From positions 18,600,001-18,664,000 of the forward strand of contig OZ360236.1 in assembly GCA_977017645.1 (NCBI GenBank): 64,000 nt of DNA, read 5' to 3'. Every line of letters begins with the position of its first letter. Within the stretch, counting starts at the first letter, position 1. The stretch is from Torpedo marmorata (lineage: Eukaryota). Below are positions 50,761 through 62,180 of the stretch, piece by piece. Below the pieces are notes generated by a model that worked only from the letters and a program-made list of their open reading frames with translations, was not told the origin of the DNA and made no database searches. A program made the translations under genes and the position numbers.

Positions 50761-51989
50761 GTCTAAAGGATCATGAAATTATGAGAAGTTCGGTACATAT
50801 TTTAAATCATGAGAAAGATATAGCAGATGAATTGCAAGTGTAGTGTAGATGTATATAAGTGCACCTTTAAAAAGTGTATACCATGTGGTTTTACTTTGGA
50901 TCAACTGTTGTGCAAGCTGGTGCTGTTAATTGGGTGCTGACTGCCCTCAGCTTGTTAGATTCTCCTTATCTGCCTAGAGAATATCAATGAGAACGAGCTG
51001 GGCACTACAGGAGAGAGTATTTCACTTAGAAGGGAGCTCAATAACAAATTAAGTGACAACAAATTTGGGAATTTGGTAAAATTATTTGATGGAAGTTGGA
51101 CAAAATCTATTTCCACCCAGAGGAAGGTAGAAGACTGAATGGTTCATGAAGGCAGAGCCTTCAACCGTTGTTTGCTATTATCTGCCAAGAGCTGGGAGAT
51201 GAGATTAGGCTGAATGCTCCTCTATATTACTGCTGTGAGGTCACAAAATTTTGCTCAGGATTCTAAGTTCACTACCCAAAATTTGTAGATGCGGAATAAG
51301 ATTCACTCTCACTGAATTTATGTGAAGAAAAATCGATGTGAAACTTATTTTCTTTTCAACTCGCATTTCTTGACGCATGCACAGATGATGCAGCTTTGCA
51401 ATATGGAAAAATGCGATGAAGCCCATTTTCGAGGAATACAACCCCACCGTCCCTCCCCCACAACTGTGCAACCTACTCTTCCCTCAGTAATGTGAGAGAC
51501 GCCTGTATTAGGAGCTAACTTTCAATTACAAATGGTCCCCGAAGTCACGTATTTGTAAATCTGGCGAAAGATTGTGATTTCAGGTTTATTTACACCAGTG
51601 TCTAATAATTTCATGTTATTCACAAATGTGCCATTTTGACTCAGTGGATGCATTTAGCCTCTGAGTTAAAAGGCTTTGGGTTCAAGCTTCACTCCAGAAG
51701 TCCAGCACATAAATCTCTGCTACTATTTTAGTTAGCACTGAGGGAATTGCTGCATCGTCAGAAGTGAGATGGTTTGAATGTCTGCTCAGCTGAAAGTAAA
51801 AGAAACCAAGGCACAACAGTAAAGCAGAGCAGAGCGTTCCCCTGAGGTTCTGGCCCACATTCACCTCTCAAGGAACATCAACTAAACAGATGAACTGGAA
51901 CTTTATATGGTACACTCATTACACTTCAAAACTTGCAGCATGTTATTGGCGGGTTTGATAAGCTGCTTTATGAATTCACAGGCATTGGG

Positions 51990-52355
51990 TCATGGTGTTT
52001 TAAAGCAGGGAAACAGGCCCTTCAGCCCAACATATCCATGTTGACCAGGTTGTCTACCAAAGCTCGTCCTATCTGCCTGCTTTTGGCCCATATGCCTCTC
52101 CTATCCATGTACCTATCTTAATGACTTTTAAACACTGCTGTTATATGAATCTCTACCATTTCCTCTAGTAGCTTGTTCCACATACCAACCACATGCTGTG
52201 TGAAAAAAGTGCCCTTGGGTCCCTTTTAAATCTTTCCCTTCTCACCTTAAATTTATGCCCTCTAGTTTTAGATTCCCCTACCTTTGGAAAAAGACTACCT
52301 ATTTATGCCCCTCATTTTATATACCCCTTCAAAGTCTCTCGTCAGCTTCCTATGC
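51990..52355 (-). mobile_element. Decayed CR1 3' fragment
   Basis: gaaacaggcccttcagccca...cctctagttttagattcccctacc pattern. Confidence 0.7.
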
Positions 52356-52473
52356 TCATCTTCTATTTTCTTGCTTCAGTATGACAAATGCAATGTGAGC
52401 CATTGGCAAGAATCTGAGCAATATTCAAAATAATATATATTACTAGTACAGGTCGCATACCCCTTATCCGAAA

Positions 52474-53633
52474 ATCAGAATTTATTGTCATGAACAAGTC
52501 ATGAAATTCGGTGTTTTGCGGCAGCATCATAGTGCAAACATTCATGTTATAACCATCTTACGACATTACTATAAAAAAAAAATAATAGTGCACGAAAAGT
52601 AAGTCAGTGTGTTTGGTTCATTGATTATTCAGGAATCTGATGGCAGCGGGGAAGAAGCTGTCCTTGTGCCGTTGAGTGCTCGTCTTTAGGCTCCTGTACC
52701 TTTTTCATGATGGTAGCAGAGTGAAGAGGGCATGGGTGGTGGGGGTCTTTGAGAACAGAGGCTGCTTTTTTAAGACACCGCCTTATGTAGATGTCCTCGA
52801 TGGAATGAAGTCTGGTGCCTGTGATGTCACAGGCCGAGTTAACAACCCTCTGGAGTTTATTCTTGTCCTGAGAGTTGGCGCCTCCATACCAGGCAGTGAT
52901 GCAACCAGCCAGAATGCTCTCCACGGTACACCTGTAGAAGTTTACGAGAGTCTTCGGTGACATACCGAATCTCCTCAGACACCTCACAAAGTCAAGATTG
53001 AAGATTCAATTTAATGTCATAGTAATAAGACAGTGTCTTATTCCATGAAATTTATTTTTGCCTGCTGCAAGGCAGACAGATTCGCCACCAGCAGAAATTG
53101 CCTAAGCGCCTCTAACATTCCTTACAGTCAGAGAAAGAGAAGCAAAAGAGAGTCCCCTCAGAGTCACCGAGTGTCCATAGATTCGCCTCCAGCGCTTCCG
53201 CAGCTACACAGAGTCCGGTCCAAACCATCGGCAAACCGAGCTCCAGGACAGATCCTCAGAGATGTTGACACCCAGGAATTTGAAGTTCTTGACCCTCTCC
53301 ACTACTGAGCCCTCGATGAGGACTGGGTCATGTTCCCCTGACATCCTCCTGAAGTCCACAATCATCTCCTTGGTTTTGCTGAGATTGAGCGCAAGGTTGT
53401 TGTCGTTACACCATTCAATGAGCTGATCTACCTCCCTCCTGTACACTTCCTCATTACCGTTTGTGATTTTGCCGACAACTGTGGTGCCATCGGCAAACTT
53501 GTAGATGGCATTGGATTTGTGCCTGGCCACAAGTCATGGGTGTATAACGAGTAGAGCAGTGGGCTAAGCACGCATCCTTGGGGTGCGCCTGTATTGATAA
53601 TCAGTGAGGAGACGTTGTTTCCAATTCGTACTG
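52474..53633 (-). mobile_element. Rex1/Babar-type LINE, 5'-truncated
   Basis: NTGAPQGCVLSPLLYSLYTHD, YKFADGTTVVG..KTKEMIVDFRR..FKFLGV, FYRCTVESILAGCITAWYG; tail catgacaataaattctgat. Confidence 0.93.
52992..53246 (-). mobile_element. GC-rich retroposon 3' part inserted in the Rex1 LINE
   Basis: Matches 19372-19635; 5' junction at ctggagc. Confidence 0.92.
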
Positions 53634-54280
53634 AATGCTCCCAAATCCAAAACCTTTTGAGCGCCGATATAACGCCACAAGTGGAAAATTCCACACCTGA
53701 CCTCACTTGCCCATGTGGGGCTCTGACGCTCTGTTGGCGGCAGTTTGTTACCAACCATCGTCACCGCCAGACCTACGTGCATTACTCACTGTGATGACTC
53801 TGGAGGAAACATTTAAAAAAAGCCATCCAACAGAATTTCTAGTATTTGGTGCTGCATTTATTTTCTTTTGTAAGCAGAGATCAAGTTTTTTTTTGTAAGT
53901 ACAAAACATTATTTTCATGTGAAATCTGAAATTCATCTCCACCTAAAATGCCATGTTTGAGTTTAACATGACCAGCAACATTATTGCGTTAAAAAAAATA
54001 CAGTGTACTGTAACCTTTTGATCAAAACACAGCATCGTAGGTAGAGACGGAAAGCCTGCCGTTGTTTGTTGTTGATGTTTAATAGCTGATACAGGTATTC
54101 TGCTGATGCTACTGTGCTGTTTAGTTACCCTAAACACATTATTCCAAAATCCGAAAAAATCCAAAATCTGAAACACTTCTGGTCCCATGCATTTCGGATA
54201 AGGGGTACTCGGCCTGTATAAGATAATATAAGAGTATAAAAGCGTAAACAATAATCTTAGAGGTAAAAACTGAAAATGCT

Positions 54281-54919
54281 GGGAATATTCGGTACTGTTG
54301 GCGCAGTGGGAAGATGTGTTGCTTCCCTTCAGCAGGCCCCATTGAGAGGGGAATTTTGCAACCAGGAACACATGCAAAAACAATCAGTTAACACTTTGAA
54401 AAAAAGTAACCAAGTAGGGTCGGCACAGTTATGCAACGCTGTTACATTGCCAGCGATCGGGACCGGGGTTCGAATCCCGCGCTGTCTGTAAGGAGTTTGT
54501 ATGTTCTCCCCGTGTCTGTGTGGTTTTCCTCCAGATGCTCCGGTTTCCTCCCACCGTTCGAAACGTAACGGGGTTGTAGGTCAATTGGGTGTAATTGGGC
54601 GACATGGGCTCGTGGGCTGAAAGGGCCTGTTACCGTGCTGTATGTCTACATTTAAATTTAAATTTAAAATTTACTTTAAAAAAAAAAACAAATTTATAAG
54701 TAAATTATGTTTTTAAATATGTCCATAATTTGTTAATTTAAAAAGATGAAGAACCACCTTAATGTTTCATGAGGCATCCTGATAATACAAGTTCCAGATT
54801 TTGTCCACGATCATAGAACGCTACAGCATAGAAACAGGCCCTTCAGCCCTTTGCTAAATTGATTGGTTGTCGGGAACATTCGGTACTGTTGGCGCAGTGG
54901 GAAGATGTGTTGCTTCCCT
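54281..54919 (+). repeat. Copy (54327-54870) of segment 57663-58164, flanked by a 48-bp direct repeat (54281-54328, 54872-54919)
   Basis: Both segments read cttcagcaggccccattgagagggg...[V-SINE]...ttgctaaattgattggttgt; the flanking repeats differ at one base. Confidence 0.93.
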
Positions 54920-55751
54920 GGTTGGAGAAGATGGGGCACCAGTTCTTGGCCCAGAGATTGATTCCACATTCTTGAGATTCCCCTCACAGGCAGTACTGGC
55001 TGACTTCTTAAATACACTGCACCCACCTTGTTTCTCTTCGGTGGTGGCAGACCCTGACCCTGATCTGGTCCTGTATGCACCCTGGCTCTGTGAGCACCAA
55101 TCCCTTCACGTACACCTGTGCGTGTGCGGCTCTGCGTGAGTGTGAGCATATATGCACGGACACATACACCTGTACATTCCATGTTTGTGAGGGAGAGTCT
55201 CTTTGTGACGAAGTGTGTTGGACAGTATGCAATTCTGATGGCCTCAGTCGTTAGACTGTGAAAGAGCCCTTCAATTGCAAAAAGCTCAATATCTGCAATG
55301 TAACAATTTTGGTTGTGCCTTATTCACGTGAATAAAAATTCCAGAAGTGTGATCCAGGCACGCATTGTATGCCATTGGATGCTCACTGGACTAAGGGCCC
55401 TCCTGCATTGTATGGGCATGATGTGCAATTTTGTACTCCACATGGAATTACCCCAAATTTTATTCACATTTTATTTTAGAGAAGATTGTGCTCTGTGATC
55501 CAATGCCGTCGAACTTCTGAGTAACTCTGCCCTAAAATAAGCTACAAGGTCAACTCACCTGGTGTCTGGGCAATAGTTTCCCATAACGAGGTAACAGCAG
55601 TATGCAAATTAATATGTTTAAAATTAGTTATCACGTTATGGAATAAGCAACAGGACATCGTTGTATGTGAGGCAAAGTTCATGGACATTCATGTCTCATT
55701 GCTGCTTGATCATATTAAAATACACCGATATCTTGTCACTTCAGTTATATT

Positions 55752-55838
55752 AGTAGACAAAAATTAAAGAATTTCATGTATGTTACATTCTAAATGTTGT
55801 ATTACGTGACAATAATGGAACCTTTACCTTTACCTTTA
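55752..55838 (+). mobile_element. 3' tail fragment of the 5S-derived SINE family
   Basis: Near identical to 58571-58653, ending (ccttta)n. Confidence 0.85.
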
Positions 55839-55865
55839 GTGTAACCATAAATAGGCCATTAGTAC

Positions 55866-56029
55866 AGATGCCTATCTCTTTTCTTACTCATACCTTGAAG
55901 AAGGGCTCAGGTACGAAATGTCAGTAATATATCTTTACCTCCTACGGACACTACGAGACCTGCTGAGTTCCCCCAGCATCTCTGTATTTTTTCTGAATCA
56001 CAGCGTCTGCAGACTTTCGTGTTTCACTT
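55866..56029 (+). mobile_element. Solo Penelope terminal unit
   Basis: TSD cattagtac; ataccttgaagaagggctcaggtacgaaatgtcagtaat. Confidence 0.85.
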
Positions 56030-57009
56030 CATTAGTACTGTACATAAGAATTAGGAGCAGGTGTAAATTATTCAGCCTCTTGAAGCTGCTCCGTTGTTCA
56101 ATAAGATCATGGCTGATCAAATCTTGACCAGGAAATTAAAGCAAAAAGGAAAGCGTGGAGAAGGTGGTATTTTCATTTCTGATAAAAGGTCAAAAATAAA
56201 ACCTCTCTTCCACACAGGTTACCAGACCTGTTGTGTCTTGTTCGCATTTTCTGCTTTTGCAGCACATTTAAATCACACCAACAAAGCCTTTCCAGCACAA
56301 ATTTAAAACAGTTGAGCGGCTGTTTGTTGATCTTAAGTGTAAATTTGGAAATCTTTATTATCTGGAAGTACAGTTCTGTCTTAAAGTCTTGCAACATAAT
56401 TGCATGATTGAACAGGTACGACTGAGTTTTTTTTGTGTATGTGCAACTGCAGTTGAACAGAATGGCATGTCACTGAGATAAGCATTTCCAAGTAATTAAA
56501 CTATTGCTGTCATTTTCTAGCTTGCTCGGAACAGGCTTTGTGTTCTAGCTAGAAATGAGAGGATCTCGATTATCTCAAAGAGCCCTCAGCAATGCACTAA
56601 TCCCCACCTAACCTTTGGTTGACTCTAACACAATTAAACCCACATTGAATATACGTCTAATTTTAATAAAGTTCACTCCCTTACATTTACAATTCTATAG
56701 ATACAATAGCCTACTATAACAACTTTGAGCCTTTGCATCATATTTTACAGAACAAAGTACACTCCTTAACTTTATCAAATTAAGACAGTTGTCTTTAAGA
56801 TCGCTAAAATTAAATATCAACAATATTGTTTTTTTTGCATTCATCCAAAACATTATGTTTTCAGGGAATGTTGCAATCACTACTTAATTGTTCGGGAAAT
56901 TTGCCAAAACTAACTTTTTGATGTTGTGGTGAGCCAGATAAGATCAAAAGGCCATTCAGTCCCTCAAGCACGTTCCACCATTTAATTAGATCATGACTAA
57001 ACTGTACCT

Positions 57010-57226
57010 CAATAAACAAAAATGCTGGAGAAACTCAGCAGGCCACTCAGCGTCCATAGGAAGCAAAGGGATATAACCAACGCTTCGGGCCTTGACAAAA
57101 GGCTCAGGCCTGAAGAGTTGGTTATATTCCTTTGCTTCCTATAGCTGCTGCGTGACCTGCTGAGTTTCTCCAGTACTTTTGTGTATTGCTCTACAATCAC
57201 AGCGTCTGCAGACTTTCCTGTTTAAT
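57010..57226. mobile_element. Inverted pair of Penelope terminal units
   Basis: cataggaagcaaagggatataaccaac mirrored by gttggttatattcctttgcttcctat; TSD ctgtacct. Confidence 0.88.
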
Positions 57227-57662
57227 CTGTACCTGAGCTAGCTTTAACAGCCTAGGCTCCACAATCTCTTAACATCTTCACCAAGAAAGAAAATGCTCCT
57301 TCCTCAACCTGACAGTGTTATGTGACCAAGGATACATTGCCTTCAGAAAGGCATTTTTTACAGGTTTGCTCCAGTTTGTAAAAACATGCAAACTGATTTT
57401 ACATTTGCAAGTTTGGATACTTCATCTCCAGGACAATGTATACAATGGACCATCTGGGAGCAACAGTAAATAACTGCTGTGCCACAAATATACAAAAATA
57501 TTCTTTCAGGTCAAACCAATACAAGAAACTAATATCTGGGCAGAGAGGGCATACGTTTCCCAAGTAGGGCCTTATCCGTGGCAATGAAACTCGTCTGACG
57601 TGGGCTACAAGTACTTTTTACCAGAGCTAACAGATGAGATAAGCGTTTTATCCATTATTTGT

Positions 57663-58164
57663 CTTCAGCAGGCCCCATTGAGAGGGGAATCTTGCAACCA
57701 GGAACACATGCAAAAACAATCAGTTAACACTTTGAAAAAAGTAACCAAGTAGGGTCGGCAACCGGGACCGGGGTTTGAATCCCGCGCTGTCTGTAAGGAG
57801 TTTGTACATTCTCCCCATGTCTGCGTGGGTTTCCTCCAGGTGCTCCGGTTTCCTCCCACCCTTCAAAACGTACCGGGGGTGTAGGTCAATTGGGGGTAAT
57901 TGGGTGGCACGGGCTCGTGGGCCAAAAGGGCCTGTTACTGTGCTGTATTTAAAATTTAAATTTAAAATAATTAAAATTTAAAATGAAAGTAAATTATATT
58001 TTTAAACATGTCCATAATTTGTTAATTTAAAAAGATGAAGAAGCCCCTTAATGTTTTATGAGGCATCCTGATACAAAAAGGAAAGTTCCAGATTTTGTCC
58101 ACGATCATAGAACAATACAGCACAGAAACAGGCCCTTCAGCCCTTTGCTAAATTGATTGGTTGT
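57663..58164 (+). repeat. Second copy of the local duplication; contains a V-SINE (about 57752-57985) with a deleted head
   Basis: Collinear with 54327-54870. Confidence 0.92.
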
Positions 58165-58420
58165 AATCAATGACAGTTTAGGTCACTGCAATTCACCTTC
58201 ACAACCCAACTGCAATGGAGACAAAACAGCCAGAGACTGCAGAAGGATAATTGAGGTTGAACAAGTTCATGTGCATGGATGTCATGGAAGGCATAATTGG
58301 ATGAGAGCATCAGAAATTGGAGTAATTATAAGCCTTGAGCCTTCTCAGCCACTCAGTAACGTGCTGACTGAACTGCCACTGACTTTTCCTACTTATCCCC
58401 ACAACCTTTGATTAACAATA

Positions 58421-58653
58421 GCCTGAATACGACTGGGATTGTCTGATCTCGGAAGCTAAGCAGGCACAGGACTGGTCAGTACTTGGAGGGGAGACCGCCA
58501 AGGGACACCAGGTGCTGTAGGTTTCTGTGAGGGGCGCTGGACAAAGTAGCGACCCTCTGCCTGCCTTACGGTAGACAAAAATTAAAGAATTTCATGTATG
58601 TTACATTCTAAATGTAGTATTAGGTGACAATAATGGAACCTTTACCCTTTACC
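58421..58653 (+). mobile_element. 5S rRNA-derived SINE (SINE3), 5' end of the 5S part missing
   Basis: gtctgatctcggaagctaagcagg..ctggtcagtacttggaggggagaccgcc..ggtgctgtagg is 5S rRNA-like; it is followed by a ~130-bp tail ending gacaataatggaa(ccttta)n. Confidence 0.9.
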
Positions 58654-58681
58654 CAAAAAATGTATCCGTTTGTTTGTCATG

Positions 58682-58764
58682 TCATCTGTTGTTTTACCAA
58701 GAGTTTGGTTGTAACTGTAGAGACTCTAGAGTTACAACCGAACTCTTGGTAAAACAACAGATGA
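58682..58764. repeat. Near-perfect 83-bp palindrome
   Basis: 41-bp arms with two mismatches and a 1-nt centre at 58723. Confidence 0.93.
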
Positions 58765-58945
58765 TAACTGGCATCCATGCACCATACAGGCACAGGTTAG
58801 TAGCTTCAATAAGCATATTATTGTCCATGTGTGGAATTTGTTTAACTGCCTTGCAGAATGACTGTATTCTCTGCCAGCATTCTCTTCAGTCTTCAACCTT
58901 ATTTAAAGTCATATTTAGGGACTCCTTATCTCTTTTTCTACAGTA

Positions 58946-59167
58946 CAGTAAAGCCCCTATTATCTGGAATTCAAGCAACTGGCAGCCTCAAGCAACCGGC
59001 AAAAATAAATCATGGAAAATAAATAGGTAAAAAATACAGAAGTTGAAAATTAGCGCGCCTCACTGTTAGTTCGCCAATCACGCAACACGCAATCTCAAGC
59101 AACCGGAAAATTCACTTATCTGGCATCTACCAATCCCCATAGGTGCCGGATACCAGGGGTTTCATTG
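58946..59167. mobile_element. Tigger/pogo-like MITE
   Basis: TIRs cagtaaagcccctattatctgg / ccggataccaggggtttcattg with TA flanks; internal tcaagcaacyggc repeats. Confidence 0.8.
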
Positions 59168-59171
59168 TATT

Positions 59172-59447
59172 TATTCCACAGGCATATCTGTACCTTAGCA
59201 TTTGCGGGATGCCCAGTGTTCTCTATGCCATGCATCTGTGGGACGCCTAGTCTATTCCAAAGGCATATATTTAGCTTGGCGTCTGTGGGATGCCCAGTGT
59301 TCTCTATGCCATGCATCTGTGGGATGCCCAGTCTATTCCAAGGCTATATATTTAGCCTGGCGTCTGTGGGATGGCCAGTAGTCCTGTGCTTTGCAACTGT
59401 GGGGTGTCCACTCTATCCAATAAGGATATTTTTAGCATGACATCTGT
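59172..59447. repeat. 81-bp minisatellite, about 3.4 copies
   Basis: tattcca..ggcatat at 59172, 59253, 59334 and about 59414; sub-repeat gcatctgtgggatgcccagt. Confidence 0.9.
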
Positions 59448-60004
59448 TAATGCCTAAATTACTCTGTGAGTCTATCTCAGTCTTGTGGTCATAGATTTTA
59501 TCAGGCAGCAGTATTTTCACAGACGCAAGAAGCATTTTCATCACAGCGCTTAGAGAAAGATATGGAGTTAAGCCACACTGATAATCACAGAAACACTGGC
59601 CCATAAAATACCTCCGGTTGTTAATTTATTATTAATGGACGGTGGGCTTAGAGGTTCCACTGCACCCAGTTCGGTGGGTACGATGGCAGTTGCAGCAAGA
59701 GGTTAATGACTGTCACGGTTAGACTTTGGCCCACGTTGCAAATTTCAGTTGATCCTGAGGTCAAAAGTTTCAGATGCAACTGAACAGGTGCTGTATGTTG
59801 GTGGAACGGGAAAGCAGCTAACTGATTAGCAGTCTGATGTTAGGTTGATGGGACAGGGGATAGGTAACCACAGGCTCAATTGTGCATGTGTTGCAGTTGG
59901 TGGGGGTGGGTGGGGAGAAGGACTGGTGCCTGAGCCGGGTTGGGGACGTTGAGACTGGAGCCTAAACCTTGCTTTGGGGTGGTAGCAAAAGGGCTGGAGT
60001 CTGT

Positions 60005-60489
60005 AAAAACACAATGCTGGAGAAACTCTGCAGGTCAAACAGTGTACTTTATGTAGCAAAGATAAAGATATATAACCAACGTTTCAGACTTGAGCCCTTC
60101 TTCAAGTGAGCAAAATGTAGGCAGGCGCCCGAACATAAAGGTGGGAGGGAGGGGCAGGGGGAGGAGCACGGTCCCATAGGCGGGAGGTAATAGGTGGGAT
60201 AAGGGAGGGAGGTCACACCAGAAAACAGGGGGAGAGGGGGGATGGCTCTGTGAATGGGGAGGGAAGGGGGTGGAGAGCTGGACGAAAGAAAACAAAGGGA
60301 AAAGGAAGGGAGGGAGGACGGAGAGTAGGCTAGCAGAAACCAGAGAAGTCGATGTTAAAGCCATTCAGTTGGAGAGTACCCAGATGGAAAATTGTGTTGT
60401 TCCTCCAATTTACAGGTGGTCTTGGTGGGACAGTACGAGGCCATGGACAGATATGTTAGCATGGGAGTGGGGCGCGGAATTGAAGTGGT
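60005..60489 (-). mobile_element. Penelope-like 3' fragment (endonuclease C-terminus and terminal repeat)
   Basis: CKLEEQH and GTLQLNGFNIDFS-like remnants; TSD tggagtctgt. Confidence 0.88.
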
Positions 60490-61068
60490 TGGAGTCTGTG
60501 CCTTGCTTGGGAGGTGGGAGAGAGATTGGAGCCCATCCTTCAGCCAGGGAATTGGGAGAGGAATTGGAATCTGTGATGGTGGGAGCGGGACGTGGATACA
60601 GATCAAGGCTTTCATCTGCGGTCTAGGATGGTTAGTAGGCTTGGTTGGTGATTGGAGGATTGAGCAGTGGTGAACAACATCTTGAGCTGGTGGGGGTATC
60701 AATGGCCATAGGACCAGTATGGGAAAATGAAACAGAAAGTGCTAGAAACACTCTGTAACTCCGTGGAAAGAAAAACAGTTAACGTTTCAGCTCCGAGATC
60801 CTTCATCAGCTCAGGATTGCAGATCTAAAACATTACCTCTGTTTAACCTTCCGCAGATGCTGCCTGGTCTGCTGAGGGCACCCAGCATATCCTGTTTGTA
60901 TTTCTGATTTGTATTTACCATTAATATGCGGTACGATCCAGACTGGGGCCTGAACTTGGGGCAGCTTTGAGGGGGACCTCACTGCCCTGGAAGTGGCCAA
61001 TGATGCTCCCTCCCAGAACAAAATCCTCCAAAAATGAGAGTTGCTTCAGTTATGGCTCTCATCCAGAG

Positions 61069-61329
61069 CAGGGCCGGCGCCAAGGCGGGGGGGGCATTCG
61101 CGGGCACTGCCCCCCCAAACCAGGTATTGTGATCTCTCCACCCGCAGCACTAACGTCACTCGTCTCCACGCGATATAAGAAGCGCATTTGCCAGTTACGT
61201 CGGAGGGAGGGGGAAGTGTGACGGCGGCGCACGGACAAGGTTCATGGTAGTCACCACCCCCCCCAACTGAGCGAGTTTTCGAACGTCAGATTGTGCCCCC
61301 CAATTAGACTTGTTCTGGCGCCGACCCCG
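61069..61329. mobile_element. CpG-rich hAT MITE
   Basis: TIRs cagggccggcgcca/tggcgccgaccccg; perfect TSD atccagag. Confidence 0.9.
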
Positions 61330-61865
61330 ATCCAGAGCGACATGTGAAGTGATCCAGAATTTGTTAGAGCACTCCAGAAAAAAACAAACTTTTAATTGCA
61401 TGGTGCTGATACAAAAGTATGACATAATTAAATTTCAAAGCTGTAGATTTTGCAATATCCTTGCCAGTTGCAACCAGTTCCACAATTCCTTCAACCACAT
61501 TGTTTAATCACCATTATATTGAAAGAGGAAATATTCTGAACACCTCCTATTGTGATTAATCTGAGAAATAGTCATCAGCATGAACCTCTAATCATTCCAT
61601 TCCAATATAAATAAGAACTTTTCTGAGGTTTATATTGGATGGTCTTTTGAGTAAAGAATAACTGCTGATTGTGGATTACAGATCCAGTTCAGGAGGACAT
61701 TGATCAAAGGTTTTTGTTCTGTTTTTGTTGTGCACACAGTTTTTAATACCTCGTGATGACATTGTGCTAAGGAGCTTTGATAATATTGTCCAGCATCATT
61801 GGAGTAACTATGCTTCAAAAGTATCTAAAAGGCTGAAAAGCACATTGGGATCATTGTCAGAGAGA

Positions 61866-62180
61866 GATGCAGCATAGAAACAGGCCCTTCAGCCCATCGA
61901 GTCCACACCACCCATCTAACACCCATTTTTACACTAATCCTACCAAAACCCTTCTAATTCTTCCCATATTCTCATCAACTCCTCTTTAGAATCTGCCACT
62001 CATCTCCACACCAGGGGCAACTTAAAGTAGACAATTAACCTAACAACCTGCATGATTTTGGGCTGTGAGAGGAAACTCATGCAGTCACAGGGAAACGTAT
62101 AAACTCCACACAGACAACACCGGAAGTCACGATTGAACCTGGCCACTGAGCTATGAGGTAGGAGCTGTACAGGCTATCCC
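61866..62180 (-). mobile_element. Older HE1-like V-SINE
   Basis: gcagcatagaaacaggcccttcagccc tail, ggaaact..aaactccacacagac V-domain, gattgaacc B-box on the reverse strand. Confidence 0.8.

Larger units (their letters stand above)
52449..54216. mobile_element. Tigger4/MER46-like non-autonomous DNA transposon hosting nested retroelements
   Basis: TIRs caggtcgcataccccttatccgaaa / tttcggataaggggtactcggcctg with TA flanks; internal gcgccgatataacgccacaagtggaaaattccacacctgacctca resembles the Tigger4a consensus as recalled. Confidence 0.85.

Noticed and set aside
58421-58524. Functional 5S rRNA gene
   Set aside because: 5' end missing, several substitutions, no T4 terminator, fused to a retroposon tail.
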